DNA of 64,000 nt from Planctomycetota bacterium (lineage in GTDB: Bacteria > Planctomycetota > B15-G4). Positions 19,019 through 28,598 of the stretch are shown piece after piece. Below the pieces are notes generated by a model. That model searched no databases, was not told the origin of the DNA, and saw nothing but the letters and a program-made list of their open reading frames with translations. Both the position numbers and the translations under genes were made by a program. Location: contig JBBQUR010000011.1 of the NCBI GenBank assembly GCA_038212275.1, positions 102,872-166,871 on the forward strand. Reading direction: 5' to 3'. Each line of letters opens with the position of its first letter. Position 1 is the stretch's first letter.

Positions 19019-22000
19019 GTGGAGAGCAAGGACAACCCCGACAGCGCTGGCGCTCCGCTGCGCGAGCTGGTCGTGCAGTGCCTGGCGCGCATGGAGCAGG
19101 AAGGGCCGGCCGCCCTCGAGGCGCTGTGCAGCGAGCACCCCGACCGGGCCGCGGCGCTGCGCTCGCTGGTCGGTCGCCTCGGCGACGTCGGCCTGCTCGG
19201 AAACCGGTTGCTGGACGGCACCCGCCCGCACGGCAGCGGCGGCGACGACGACCGCTTCCCGGAGCGCCTCGGCGAGTTCCGGCTCATCGCGCGCCTCGGC
19301 GGCGGCGGCATGGGCGTGGTCTTCCTGGCCGAACAGACCGCGCTGCACCGGCAGGTCGCGCTCAAGCTCATCCGCCCGGAGCTGCTGTACTTCAGCGGCG
19401 CACGCGAGCGCTTCAGGCGCGAGGTCGAGGCGGTGGCGCGGCTGGCTCACCCGGGCATCGTACCGGTGCTCACCGGCGGCGAGGAGGGGGGCATCCCCTG
19501 GTTCGCGATGGACCTCGTGCAGGGTGCGACACTGCACGAATTGCTCGACGCGCTCTCCGGCCACGAGCCCGCCCGGCTGACGGGTGCCGACCTGCACCGC
19601 GCTCTGCTCGAGTTGATGGCGGCGCGTCCGGCGAACACGACACCGGCCACGGCAGGCGCCGCAACGCCTTCGGGCGAGGCTGCCCGGCGCCTCTTCGGCG
19701 GCTCCTGGTCGGCGGCCTGCCTGCACATCGCGCAGGCGGTGGCCGAGGCGCTGCAGCACGCGCACGAACGCGGCGTGCTGCACCGCGACGTGAAGCCCAG
19801 CAATGTGATGCTCACGCCCGACGGCCGCGTGCTGCTGCTCGACTTCGGCCTGGCTCAGGCAGCGGGCAGCACGCGCGTCACGCGCACCGGCAGTCACCTC
19901 GGCAGCCTCGCCTACATGTCCCCGGAGCAGGCGCGCGGCGACCACGCCGCCATCGATGCGCGCAGCGACGTGTATTCCCTTGGCGCCTCGCTCTACGAGA
20001 TGCTGGCCCTGCGCGCGCCGTTCTCGGGCGCCGACGAGGAGGACACGCGTCGCCGGATTCTGGAAGGCCGCTGCCCGGCGCTGCGCGACCTGAACGCGGC
20101 CGTGCCGCGTGATGCGGAGACCGTCTGCCAGGCGGCCATGGCGCTTCAGCCGGCAAGGCGATACGCGACCGCAGCCGCCTTCGGGCAGGACCTCGGCGCG
20201 GTGCTCGCCCTGCGCCCCATCGCGGCGCGTCGCCCGGGCGCGGCGCACAAGCTGCTCCGCTGGACGCAGCGCAACCCGGCCGGCGCGGCTGCCGTCGTGC
20301 TGCTCGCGCTGCTGCTGATCGGCGGGCCGCTCGGCTACGCCCTCGTGCAGCAACGCGCGGCCGAGACCGAGAAGTCGCTCAACGCGGAGCTGCATGCCAC
20401 GAACACCCGGCTCGACGCGACCCTGCAGGATCTGCAGCGCTCGCTGGCCGAGGAGCAGCGCCAGCGCCAGCTCGCCGAGCGCTCCTTCGACCGCACGCTC
20501 TCCGCGGTCGACGAGATGCTCACGACGGTCGGCGCCGACGACCTGCGCGGCGTGCCGCAACTGGAGCCCGTCCGCCGCAAGCTGCTCGAGCGCGCGCTGC
20601 AGTTCTATCGCGAGCTGGAGGCCGACTACCCCGTCGATGCCGGCCTGCGTCGCGAGCAGGGCCGCACGCACCGATCGATCGCGATGCTCCTTCGTGAACT
20701 GGGCCGTGACGACCAGGCACGTCCGCTCTTCGAGGAATCGCTGGCCGAACTGCAGGCGCTGGTCGCTAGCCCCGGCGCGACGCCCGAGGCCCGGCACGAG
20801 TACGCCGCCGCGCTCTGCGAACTGGCCAGACTGGACTACCAGCAGGCGCGCAACGACGACGCCGCGCTGCACTGGGGCGAAGCGGCCGAACTGCTCGAAC
20901 AGCTCGCGGCCGAGGTCACGGTGCCTCCGGAGTGGGTCTTCGACCACGCGAGCGCGCTCGTCGGCCTCGGCCTGCTCGCCAGTCAGGAGGGCGCCGGGCC
21001 CCAAGCCCTGGCGCACTACCGGCGCGCCGCCGACTTGCTGGCGCCCGTGGCTGCGGCCCGGCCGTCGGACACGCAGTACGCCTCGCTCCGCGCCGACGCG
21101 CTGAACAAGGCCTCGCTCATCTGCTCGAATGCGGGCCGCAACGACGAGGCCACTCGACTGCTGGCCGAGGCGTGGGCCAGCTTCGAGCAACTGCTCGCCA
21201 TCGATGCGACGGACGACTCGCTGCGCAACAGGGCGCTCGAATGCGCCTCGAACTACGGCAATGTCCTGAGCGCGGGCTCCGACCGCGCGCTGGCCGAGGC
21301 CACGCTGCAACGAGGCTGCAGCCTGGCGCGCGGACTCGTCCGCGAATTTCCGGAGAACCCCGACTACGGCATGCGCTGCTCGATCATCGAGCTCAACCTG
21401 GTGACCGAGCTGGGCATCCAGGAGCGCTTCGCCGAGGCGCAGCCGATCGCGCGGGAGGCCGTGACGCGCCTGGAGCGGCTCGCGGCCGAACAACCCGAGC
21501 GAAGCGACATCCCCTTCTATCTCGGCGCAGCGCACGGCATCGCGTCTGCCATTCATCTGTCGCTGGGCGAACTGGACGAGGCGCTGGTCGAGGCGCAATC
21601 CGGTGTCGCCTCCGGGCGCGCCTCGCAGCAGGATTTCCCGGAGGATCCAGGCGTGAGCGGGCAGCTCTCGGCCGCGCTCAGCCAGCTCGCCGACGTGCAG
21701 CGCGCGCGGGGCGACCTCGACGAGGCCCTTGCCACGCTCGACGAGTCACTGAGCCGCGCCGGCCAGCGCCCGGAAGTGCTGTACCAGGCGCTGGAGACGC
21801 TGGCGCGCGCCGCCGTCGCCGCACGCGACGCCGACGACCGGCCGGCCGGGGAGCGCGATGCGCTGCGCGGCGAGTTCGAGGAGCGCGCGCTGGTCACGCT
21901 GCGGGCCGCGCTCGACAGCGGCTACACGGACCTGGAGCGGCTGCGCACGCGACCCGACTTCGCGACGCTGCGCGAGCGCCCCGAGTTTCAGGAGCTCGTC

Positions 22001-22021
22001 GCGGCGCCGCCACCTGAATGA
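19019..22021 (+). CDS. Hanks-type Ser/Thr protein kinase with TM segment, coiled coil and TPR-like C-terminus
   Basis: LGGGGMGVVF, VALK, HRDVKPSN, DFGLA, YMSPEQ, DVYSLG; GTG 19019 preceded by GAGGAGG. Confidence 0.93.
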   Translation: MESKDNPDSAGAPLRELVVQCLARMEQEGPAALEALCSEHPDRAAALRSLVGRLGDVGLLGNRLLDGTRPHGSGGDDDRFPERLGEFRLIARLGGGGMGVVFLAEQTALHRQVALKLIRPELLYFSGARERFRREVEAVARLAHPGIVPVLTGGEEGGIPWFAMDLVQGATLHELLDALSGHEPARLTGADLHRALLELMAARPANTTPATAGAATPSGEAARRLFGGSWSAACLHIAQAVAEALQHAHERGVLHRDVKPSNVMLTPDGRVLLLDFGLAQAAGSTRVTRTGSHLGSLAYMSPEQARGDHAAIDARSDVYSLGASLYEMLALRAPFSGADEEDTRRRILEGRCPALRDLNAAVPRDAETVCQAAMALQPARRYATAAAFGQDLGAVLALRPIAARRPGAAHKLLRWTQRNPAGAAAVVLLALLLIGGPLGYALVQQRAAETEKSLNAELHATNTRLDATLQDLQRSLAEEQRQRQLAERSFDRTLSAVDEMLTTVGADDLRGVPQLEPVRRKLLERALQFYRELEADYPVDAGLRREQGRTHRSIAMLLRELGRDDQARPLFEESLAELQALVASPGATPEARHEYAAALCELARLDYQQARNDDAALHWGEAAELLEQLAAEVTVPPEWVFDHASALVGLGLLASQEGAGPQALAHYRRAADLLAPVAAARPSDTQYASLRADALNKASLICSNAGRNDEATRLLAEAWASFEQLLAIDATDDSLRNRALECASNYGNVLSAGSDRALAEATLQRGCSLARGLVREFPENPDYGMRCSIIELNLVTELGIQERFAEAQPIAREAVTRLERLAAEQPERSDIPFYLGAAHGIASAIHLSLGELDEALVEAQSGVASGRASQQDFPEDPGVSGQLSAALSQLADVQRARGDLDEALATLDESLSRAGQRPEVLYQALETLARAAVAARDADDRPAGERDALRGEFEERALVTLRAALDSGYTDLERLRTRPDFATLRERPEFQELVAAPPPE

Positions 22022-22042
22022 GGCGCTGCGCACGCCGGTCGG

Positions 22043-23086
22043 TCAGCGCCGGTACGGAGTGGCCACCGGCCCGGAGCGTCGGCCGACCCACGGCCCGTAG
22101 CAGCTGCCGCTCGACGCGGAATTCGACGCGATCTCGCTGCGCAGCGCGAGCAGCTGCTCGTTCTTCGGGTCCAGCGCCAGGCCGGAGTTCACGGCACCCG
22201 ATGCGTCGATGTACGACGAGCGCACGTTGTAGACGTTGGCGAGCTGGATGTCGGCGTTGACGACCTGCGCGACGAGTTCAGTGTTCAACTGCGCGACCGC
22301 CTGCGCCAGTCCGGGCGTGTTGCTGTTCTGCTCGTTCACGCTCTTGAGGCGGGTGAGTCCGTCATTGCCGCTGGACACGCCGGCCTTGAACTTGTCGATG
22401 GCCGTGCTCTGGTCGGAGCCCGCCTGCAGGCCCTCTTTCACGAGCCGCAGGCTGGTCTGGTAGGCCTGCTCGGCCGGCGCCAGCGCCTCCGTGATCTCGG
22501 ACGACCGCTGCGCCTTCTGCGTCGCCTGCCGCTGGGCGGCCACGGCCGTGTGCAGCGTCTCCAGCAGCTGGCTGGCCTCCGGGGCGCACGCCGCGTGGGG
22601 CACCTCGGTGAGCAGCTGCGACAGGTGCGTGAAGGCGCCGGGCTTGTCGCCCCCCTGCACGTTCTGCTTCGCCTCGCCCAGCAGGGCGGCGCCGGTGGCG
22701 TTGCTCAGTGCGGTCATCTTCGCGTTGAACTGGCTTTCCAGCGAGGCATCGGCTTCCACGGCCTGGTGGTAGTGGAGCTTGGCCTGGGCCCACAGCCCGG
22801 CAGCCATCGCCTCGTCTCCCAGCAGCATCTGTCCGTGCCCGTCGGTCTTGTCGATGAGCCCGAGAGAAATCTGGTAGGTCGTTGCCGGCGAAAGCTCCGA
22901 GTGGGGCAGACCGAGCTCGAGTCCGGCGCTCGTGCGGAACATGAGTTCCTTGCCGTTGTCCGAGAGGACCTGACCCGTGTAGGTGTCGCCGGACTTCATC
23001 GTGATGACGGTGTCCTGCGCAGCGGCCGTGGCGGTCAGCGCCAGGCAGAGGCTCCACGCCAGCCCGGCAAGTGCGGTGCGATGCAT
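22043..23086 (-). CDS. Secreted hypothetical protein (small beta domain plus helical/TPR-like region)
   Basis: Signal peptide MHRTALAGLAWSLCLALTATAAA; DTVITMKSGDTYTG; helical remainder; GAGG upstream of ATG 23086. Confidence 0.8.
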   Translation of the reverse strand: MHRTALAGLAWSLCLALTATAAAQDTVITMKSGDTYTGQVLSDNGKELMFRTSAGLELGLPHSELSPATTYQISLGLIDKTDGHGQMLLGDEAMAAGLWAQAKLHYHQAVEADASLESQFNAKMTALSNATGAALLGEAKQNVQGGDKPGAFTHLSQLLTEVPHAACAPEASQLLETLHTAVAAQRQATQKAQRSSEITEALAPAEQAYQTSLRLVKEGLQAGSDQSTAIDKFKAGVSSGNDGLTRLKSVNEQNSNTPGLAQAVAQLNTELVAQVVNADIQLANVYNVRSSYIDASGAVNSGLALDPKNEQLLALRSEIASNSASSGSCYGPWVGRRSGPVATPYRR

Positions 23087-23088
23087 GT

Positions 23089-23313
23089 TCAGTTTCCTCC
23101 GTTGCCGGCCTTGGGGACGATGATCGGGCCGCAATGACACTTCGGGTTGTCCGGGTTGGTATGGCCCGACACGCAGACGGGGTTCTGGCAGCCGTGTGCG
23201 GCGCTTGCGGTCGTGCCGCAGGTGCACCTGGGCACACCGGCGCTGCTCGACGACGCGCAGGCGCCCAGGACAAGGAGACCGGCCAGGGCGAGCGTGCGGG
23301 TGAGACTTCTCAT
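23089..23313 (-). CDS. Small Cys-rich lipoprotein (74 aa)
   Basis: AGGAG RBS; MRSLTRTLALAGLLVLGAC lipobox; mature part contains CTC...C...C...CHC; stop lies 2 bp before the next start. Confidence 0.75.
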   Translation of the reverse strand: MRSLTRTLALAGLLVLGACASSSSAGVPRCTCGTTASAAHGCQNPVCVSGHTNPDNPKCHCGPIIVPKAGNGGN

Positions 23314-23410
23314 CGGACTCCTGAGCCTCTGTCGAAGCGGGGTGGTCCGCCGGAATTCCATCCGGCGGCGGGGCGCGACTATACCGTCGGACCGCGGGGT
23401 GTTGTCCAAC

Positions 23411-24631
23411 TCAGAGATTGGGTGCGAAGACGACGGCCATGCTCTCCGCGAAGCGCTGCCAGCGGGGGCGCCGGCCCCACTCGGCGGGCACCACGCGACG
23501 CGCACCGGTGAGGTCCCTCGCGAACATGTCGCGCATGCCTGCGCCGGTGACCGGATCGACGACGACGAGATTCAGCTCGTAGTTGCGGTGCATCGAGAGC
23601 GGGTCGAGATTGCTCGAGCCGACGAGCGTCACCTCGCCGTCCACCACGGCGGTCTTGGCGTGCACCATGACGCCCTCCCACTCGTAGATGTGGACGCCCG
23701 CAGCGAGCAACCGCTGGTAGATGCGGCGCGCCGCTGCGCCGGCCATCGGATGATTGTTGCGGCCGGGAAGAAGCAGGCGCACCTCCACGCCCCGCCGCGC
23801 GGCCGCCTCGAAGGCCGACAGCAGGGACGGCGGCGCCACAAGGTAGGCGTCCGTGATCTCCAGGCTCCGCTGCGCCCGGCCCGCGAGCCAGGTGTAGAGC
23901 CCCGCCACGCGCTTCGCCCCCGGCTGGTCCGCGGCCACCACGGCCACCGGCACCGGGATGTCGTCGCGCGGCACCTCCGGCAGCGCGACGAGTTCCTCGT
24001 TCGCACGCCGCCACATGGCCTCGAAGGCCCAGGCCACGTCCCCCACCACCGTGCCGCGCACCAGCAGCGCCGTGTCGCGCCAGCCGTGGCCACCATGCGT
24101 GGAGGGTGACCAGTTGTCGGAGATGCACAGCCCGCCGACGACGGCGGACTCGCCGTCGACGATGAGCGATTTGCGGTGATCGCGGTGCCGCAGGCGCAAC
24201 CAGCTCCAAGGCGCCATGGGCGAGAGCGGCCGGAACGCGCGCACGGTGACGCCGCTGCCGCGCAGCGTGCGGGCGATGGAACCGCCGCGGACCATGAGCG
24301 TGCCGACCGGGTCGTAGAGCACGCGCACCTGGAGGCCGCGCTTCGCCGCGGCAGCGAGCGCCTCCGCGAAACGCCGGCCGGTGGCGTCGCCGGCAAAGAT
24401 GAAGTTCTCGAAGAGGACGTCGCGCTTCGCCGAGTCGATGAGTTCGATCATCGCGGGGAAGGCGTCCGCGCCGTCGCGCAGGATGCGCACGTCCGCCACG
24501 GGACGGACCGGGGCGCCGGTGAGGCGTGACAACTCGCCCATGCTCGCGATCGATGTGTGGTGATCGCCTGCACCGGCTCCTGCGGCGGACTCGGCGCGAG
24601 TGGGAGGTGCGGGCGTCATGGCGGGACTCAT
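23411..24631 (-). CDS. Phospholipase D family protein (cardiolipin synthase-like)
   Basis: Two HKD motifs (RDHRKSLIVDG, HAKTAVVDG); WRDT; GSSNLDPLS; ATG 24631 overlaps the upstream stop (ATGA). Confidence 0.9.
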   Translation of the reverse strand: MSPAMTPAPPTRAESAAGAGAGDHHTSIASMGELSRLTGAPVRPVADVRILRDGADAFPAMIELIDSAKRDVLFENFIFAGDATGRRFAEALAAAAKRGLQVRVLYDPVGTLMVRGGSIARTLRGSGVTVRAFRPLSPMAPWSWLRLRHRDHRKSLIVDGESAVVGGLCISDNWSPSTHGGHGWRDTALLVRGTVVGDVAWAFEAMWRRANEELVALPEVPRDDIPVPVAVVAADQPGAKRVAGLYTWLAGRAQRSLEITDAYLVAPPSLLSAFEAAARRGVEVRLLLPGRNNHPMAGAAARRIYQRLLAAGVHIYEWEGVMVHAKTAVVDGEVTLVGSSNLDPLSMHRNYELNLVVVDPVTGAGMRDMFARDLTGARRVVPAEWGRRPRWQRFAESMAVVFAPNL

Positions 24632-26727
24632 TCGCTGAAAATGGGGCTCGACCACGCGGCGTGGCCGTCCACCTGGATGGCGCGCAGGTAGACCTGATCG
24701 CCGGGCTTGCGCGCAGGGTCGCGCCACGTGATGGTCTGCTGCAAGGCGGCACCCTGCGCGGCCGAGGCCGGAAGGCCGGCGGGCGTCGGCGGGGCCGCGC
24801 CGTCCGCTCGAGCGACGACGATGCCGTTCTTGATCAGCTCCAGGCTCGCGAGGCTCTCCACGCCGAGGGCGATGCCGACGTAGGCCGGGTCACCGGCAGC
24901 CTTCCCGGCAGGCGGCACCGGCACGACGCCCCCCATGCCGGTCGAGCCGAGGCTGAACCAGAGCACGATGCGCGGCCCGCTCGTCGCCCAGCAGCTTCGG
25001 GCCAGCAGTGCGGCGTGAATCGCATCGGCCGTGTTGTCGGCGGCGAGGATCGCCGCGACGCCGCCGCCGGCCGGTGAGCCCAGGTGCACGAGCCCCGGAT
25101 GGCCGTTGTGAGAGTCTCCCGAACCGACGAAGCCCAGCCGGTAGCCGCGCGCCAGCGCATCGCGCACCCAGTGCCCGTCGACGGCCGAGTAGATCGCGTG
25201 CGGCGTGTCCGGCGATTCCGAGCTGCCGTGCACCGAGACGATTTCCACCACCGGTTCGAACTCCGGATCGGGCGCGATGTTCCAGTCGATGGGCACGGGC
25301 CCGCCTGCGGGGTGATGCGGCACGGTGATCGCGTTGCTGTGCTTCTCGCGCAGCGTCGCCCACAGCCCGGTGGGCGTGTCGGTCGGCGGGCGCAGGCTCG
25401 AGAGCACCTCGCCCTGGCCGTCGAAGTACAGGACGTGACGGTGGCCGTAGAGCCAGTTGGTCCACTCGTAGCCGAGCAGCGTGGTGAAGCGACCGGGGTC
25501 GTTGAAGCGCGCCGTCGTCTCCCGGATGTCCGCCCACATCTCCGGCGTCACGTCGAGCTTGCGCATGCCCCAGTGGTCGTGGTCGGTCAGCACGGCGACG
25601 TCGAGGGCCGCGACGTCGCGCGCGTAGTCGTAGTAGTCCTGCGGCGTGCCGGTGCCGTCCGAGAGTTGCGAATGACCGTGCAGGTCGGCCCAGAGCACGC
25701 GTCGCGACGTGTCCGAGACGACCATCGGATTGCTGAGGCGTTCGGCCGCTGCGCCGCCGTCGGCCGTCGCGATGCGGGCGACCACGCGACGGATGCCCGC
25801 AGCCACGGCCTTGCCGTGCACGCGCTTGCGGGCCCGATCGCCCGCGACGAAGCTCACCGTCGCGGGCAGCTCCAGGCCGTCACCCGAGAGCGCGACCTCG
25901 CCGGTGAAGTCGGTCGCGGCGTTTGCCACCACGTCGAGGAAGGCGATGACCACGTCGAACTCGGCGCCGACAGCGACCTCCGACGGCACGTGCAGCACGA
26001 GATCCACGGCGGGACCCGGGCCGATGGCCACATGCGGGTCGCGGTCGATGAGCTTGCGCGTGCCGTCGCCGTCGCCGTCCACCCAGAAGTAGAAGGCCTC
26101 CGCGGACTCGGCGTAGGTGTCCACGCGCGTGCGCGGCGGCATGCCGGGCGGAAGGCCCGGGCCCGTCGGCGGAACGCCGTACTCCACGCGGATCGTCGCG
26201 CCCGGGGGCAACGCGGCAGCGCCGATCCGGATGACCATGCACTGCTGCGCGACGGTGTCGCACTCCAGCACCACGCCCTCGGCATCGCAGGTCACGGAGG
26301 TGTTGCCGATGACGTAGTCGCCCGACGGCACCGTCGGTTCGGGCGTGGTCCAGCCCCAGAAGGGCGAGACCTGGAAGAAGATCGCGCCGCCGTCGACGAT
26401 GCCGAGCGGTCCCGCGGTGTACTGCAGCACGTAGGTCGCCGCGCTGCCGCGCACCGCGGACGGATCCGGCTGCGACAGAAGCTCCGCGTGGCCGCCGCCA
26501 TCGGCCGGCCCGTTCTCCATGTTCAGGTCGGCCAGCATCATTTCGTATTGCTCGACGCGGGCGCCGGCCGGGTAGCCGCTGCCCGAGGCACTGCCTGCGC
26601 CGCCGGCGGACAGCTCACCACCAGAAGGCGGCGACCGGTCCTCCAGAACCTGGAGAGCGAAGAGCACGCCGGCCACGAGCACGATGGCAAGCAGCAGCCC
26701 CCACAGCGAACGTGCGCGCGGCGTCAT
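24628..26727 (-). CDS. Membrane-anchored PHP-like metallohydrolase (DUF3604 / CehA-McbA-like)
   Basis: N-terminal TM; ADLHGHSQLSDG, TDHDH, GYEWT, GHRHV, GSGDSH; C-terminal AWSSPIF. Confidence 0.82.
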   Translation of the reverse strand: MTPRARSLWGLLLAIVLVAGVLFALQVLEDRSPPSGGELSAGGAGSASGSGYPAGARVEQYEMMLADLNMENGPADGGGHAELLSQPDPSAVRGSAATYVLQYTAGPLGIVDGGAIFFQVSPFWGWTTPEPTVPSGDYVIGNTSVTCDAEGVVLECDTVAQQCMVIRIGAAALPPGATIRVEYGVPPTGPGLPPGMPPRTRVDTYAESAEAFYFWVDGDGDGTRKLIDRDPHVAIGPGPAVDLVLHVPSEVAVGAEFDVVIAFLDVVANAATDFTGEVALSGDGLELPATVSFVAGDRARKRVHGKAVAAGIRRVVARIATADGGAAAERLSNPMVVSDTSRRVLWADLHGHSQLSDGTGTPQDYYDYARDVAALDVAVLTDHDHWGMRKLDVTPEMWADIRETTARFNDPGRFTTLLGYEWTNWLYGHRHVLYFDGQGEVLSSLRPPTDTPTGLWATLREKHSNAITVPHHPAGGPVPIDWNIAPDPEFEPVVEIVSVHGSSESPDTPHAIYSAVDGHWVRDALARGYRLGFVGSGDSHNGHPGLVHLGSPAGGGVAAILAADNTADAIHAALLARSCWATSGPRIVLWFSLGSTGMGGVVPVPPAGKAAGDPAYVGIALGVESLASLELIKNGIVVARADGAAPPTPAGLPASAAQGAALQQTITWRDPARKPGDQVYLRAIQVDGHAAWSSPIFSE

Positions 26728-26756
26728 GCGAACTCCTCTCCGGTCATGCGATGCCG

Positions 26757-27302
26757 TCAGGCACGGGGCGCATCTTTCTCCGCCGCTGCCTGCCGCTCGC
26801 GCCCCTTGTTCCGCCGGAACTCGAACTTCCGCATCTGGTTGTCCTGAAGATCCTTGGCCAGGATCAGCAGGACGCCCGTGGACCACGCGAACGTCAGCAG
26901 TCCCGCGATCGCGAGGCCGCCCTTCAGCATGCGCCAGCGCAACGGGAGGTTCAGGTCACTGCCCAGCGTGGTGTATTCGAGCAGCGAGAAGTAATACGCC
27001 GTGCTGGAATTGGGCATGCAGTCCTTCCACAGCAGGAACGACGCCCAGACGAAGACCTCGGTGAGGTGCACGAGCACGATCATCCAGCTCGCGACGATGA
27101 TGCTGCTCAGCCCGACGAGGAAGGGCTTCCATGTCCTGAAATGATGGCTGAACGCCGAGCTGATCCGCAGCGTGAAGATCATGCCGACGCCGTGCACCGA
27201 CATGGTGAGCGCCATCAGGATGCCGAACCAGGCCAGCTCCGTGAGCGAAGTCACGTACATGGGCTCGGCGGGCGTCTGCACCGGCAGGTCGAGGGCGAAC
27301 AT
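26757..27302 (-). CDS. Small potassium-channel-like membrane protein (Ion_trans_2-like) with atypical filter
   Basis: TM helices around pore-helix-like YYFSLLEYTTLGSD, then LPLRWRML...GLLTFAWST. Confidence 0.75.
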   Translation of the reverse strand: MFALDLPVQTPAEPMYVTSLTELAWFGILMALTMSVHGVGMIFTLRISSAFSHHFRTWKPFLVGLSSIIVASWMIVLVHLTEVFVWASFLLWKDCMPNSSTAYYFSLLEYTTLGSDLNLPLRWRMLKGGLAIAGLLTFAWSTGVLLILAKDLQDNQMRKFEFRRNKGRERQAAAEKDAPRA

Positions 27303-27383
27303 GGCGCGGCACTCTACCTCCGGCCCGTCCCGGACGCCTCACGCCCGATCCGGGCGTGCCGCCTGGCTGGCTCGCGACACCCG

Positions 27384-28208
27384 TCAGCGCCGCGCGCGCG
27401 GCTCCGGCTCCCGCAGCGTCTCGATGCAGTGGTCCAGCATGTCGGTCAGGGTGAGGATGCCTGTCAGGCGGCCATTCACGACCACGGGCAGCGCGCTGAT
27501 CTTGTGGTTCAGCATGAGCTCCGCAGCGCGGGAGATGCGCTCCAGAGGGTCCACGGTCACCACGTTCGTCGACATGAAGTCCGCGACGGGCACTTCCCCC
27601 TGCTGGCCGGCGCCGAGCGCCGCACGCAGGTCGCGGTCCGAGACGATGCCCACCAGGCGCCTGTCGTCCACCACGGGCAGGTGCCGGACGCGCAGCGCGT
27701 GGCTCCTAGCCACGGCCTCCTTGAGCAGCGTGGCTGGCGTGATCGAGAAGATGTGCCGCGTCATGAGGTGGTCGATGGTGTCATCGGCTTCGAGGTCGAT
27801 GTCGCCGTCGCGGCAACCGCGCCAGTAGGCGTGGAGCAGGTCGCTCTCGGTGATGATGCCGACGAGCTGATTCCGCTCCACCACGGGAAGGCAGCCGATC
27901 TTCTGCAGCGTCATCCGGACGGCGGCGGTGATCACGGTGTCCTGCGGCGAAACGGTCGTCGGGTCCGCGTGCATCACGTCGCGGATGCGCACGGTGCCTG
28001 TCGGCTGCGGCCTGTCGGGAGCCAGACCGGGCATCCACCCGACGACATCGAGCAGGTCGCGATCCGAGATCACGCCGACCAGCCGACCGTCCTCGACGAC
28101 GGGCAGGTGGCGCACGTCCTCGTTGTCCATGAGCAGCAGCGCATCGCCGGGGAGCGCATCGGGGGACGTGGTGACGAGACCACGAGACAGGATGTCTGAG
28201 ACGTCCAT
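27384..28208 (-). CDS. CBS domain protein (four CBS repeats)
   Basis: Four repeats of (H/C/A)LPVV...LVG(V/I)(I/V)(S/T)xxD from MDVSDILSRG. Confidence 0.92.
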   Translation of the reverse strand: MDVSDILSRGLVTTSPDALPGDALLLMDNEDVRHLPVVEDGRLVGVISDRDLLDVVGWMPGLAPDRPQPTGTVRIRDVMHADPTTVSPQDTVITAAVRMTLQKIGCLPVVERNQLVGIITESDLLHAYWRGCRDGDIDLEADDTIDHLMTRHIFSITPATLLKEAVARSHALRVRHLPVVDDRRLVGIVSDRDLRAALGAGQQGEVPVADFMSTNVVTVDPLERISRAAELMLNHKISALPVVVNGRLTGILTLTDMLDHCIETLREPEPRARR

Positions 28209-28506
28209 CGTGGGGATGCTCCGGGCGGTGTGGGCGCGCCGCTGGCCGCTGCAATCTGTCGCGCAGCGCCAGCGCACGTCTGCACACATCGCAAGTCGCT
28301 GGCCAAACGCCTGAGCAGGCATCGCTGCGCTCGGATGTGGACGGATCCGGCCCTGGCTCCGCCTCAGGCCGAGCCCTGGCCCCTGCGGCTGCCAGGAACT
28401 CGTCGCCGGCACCGCCCGACAGCCCGTCCGCACGGCCCGAGGGCGAAAGCTTCCTCGCTTCGATGCGAGCAATTCCGCACGCACGGGACAAGCGTGCAAG
28501 CATCGC

Positions 28507-28582
28507 CACCGGGCACCGCCACCGGGCACCGGGCACCGGGCACCGCGCTCCGGGCACCGCGCTCCGGGCACCGGGCACCGGG
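28507..28582. repeat. Degenerate 7-bp tandem repeat (CACCGGG)n
   Basis: Multiple CACCGGG units interspersed with CACCGC/GCTCCGGG variants just downstream of the gene ending at 28599. Confidence 0.85.
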
Positions 28583-28598
28583 AATCAGCGGTCGAACA

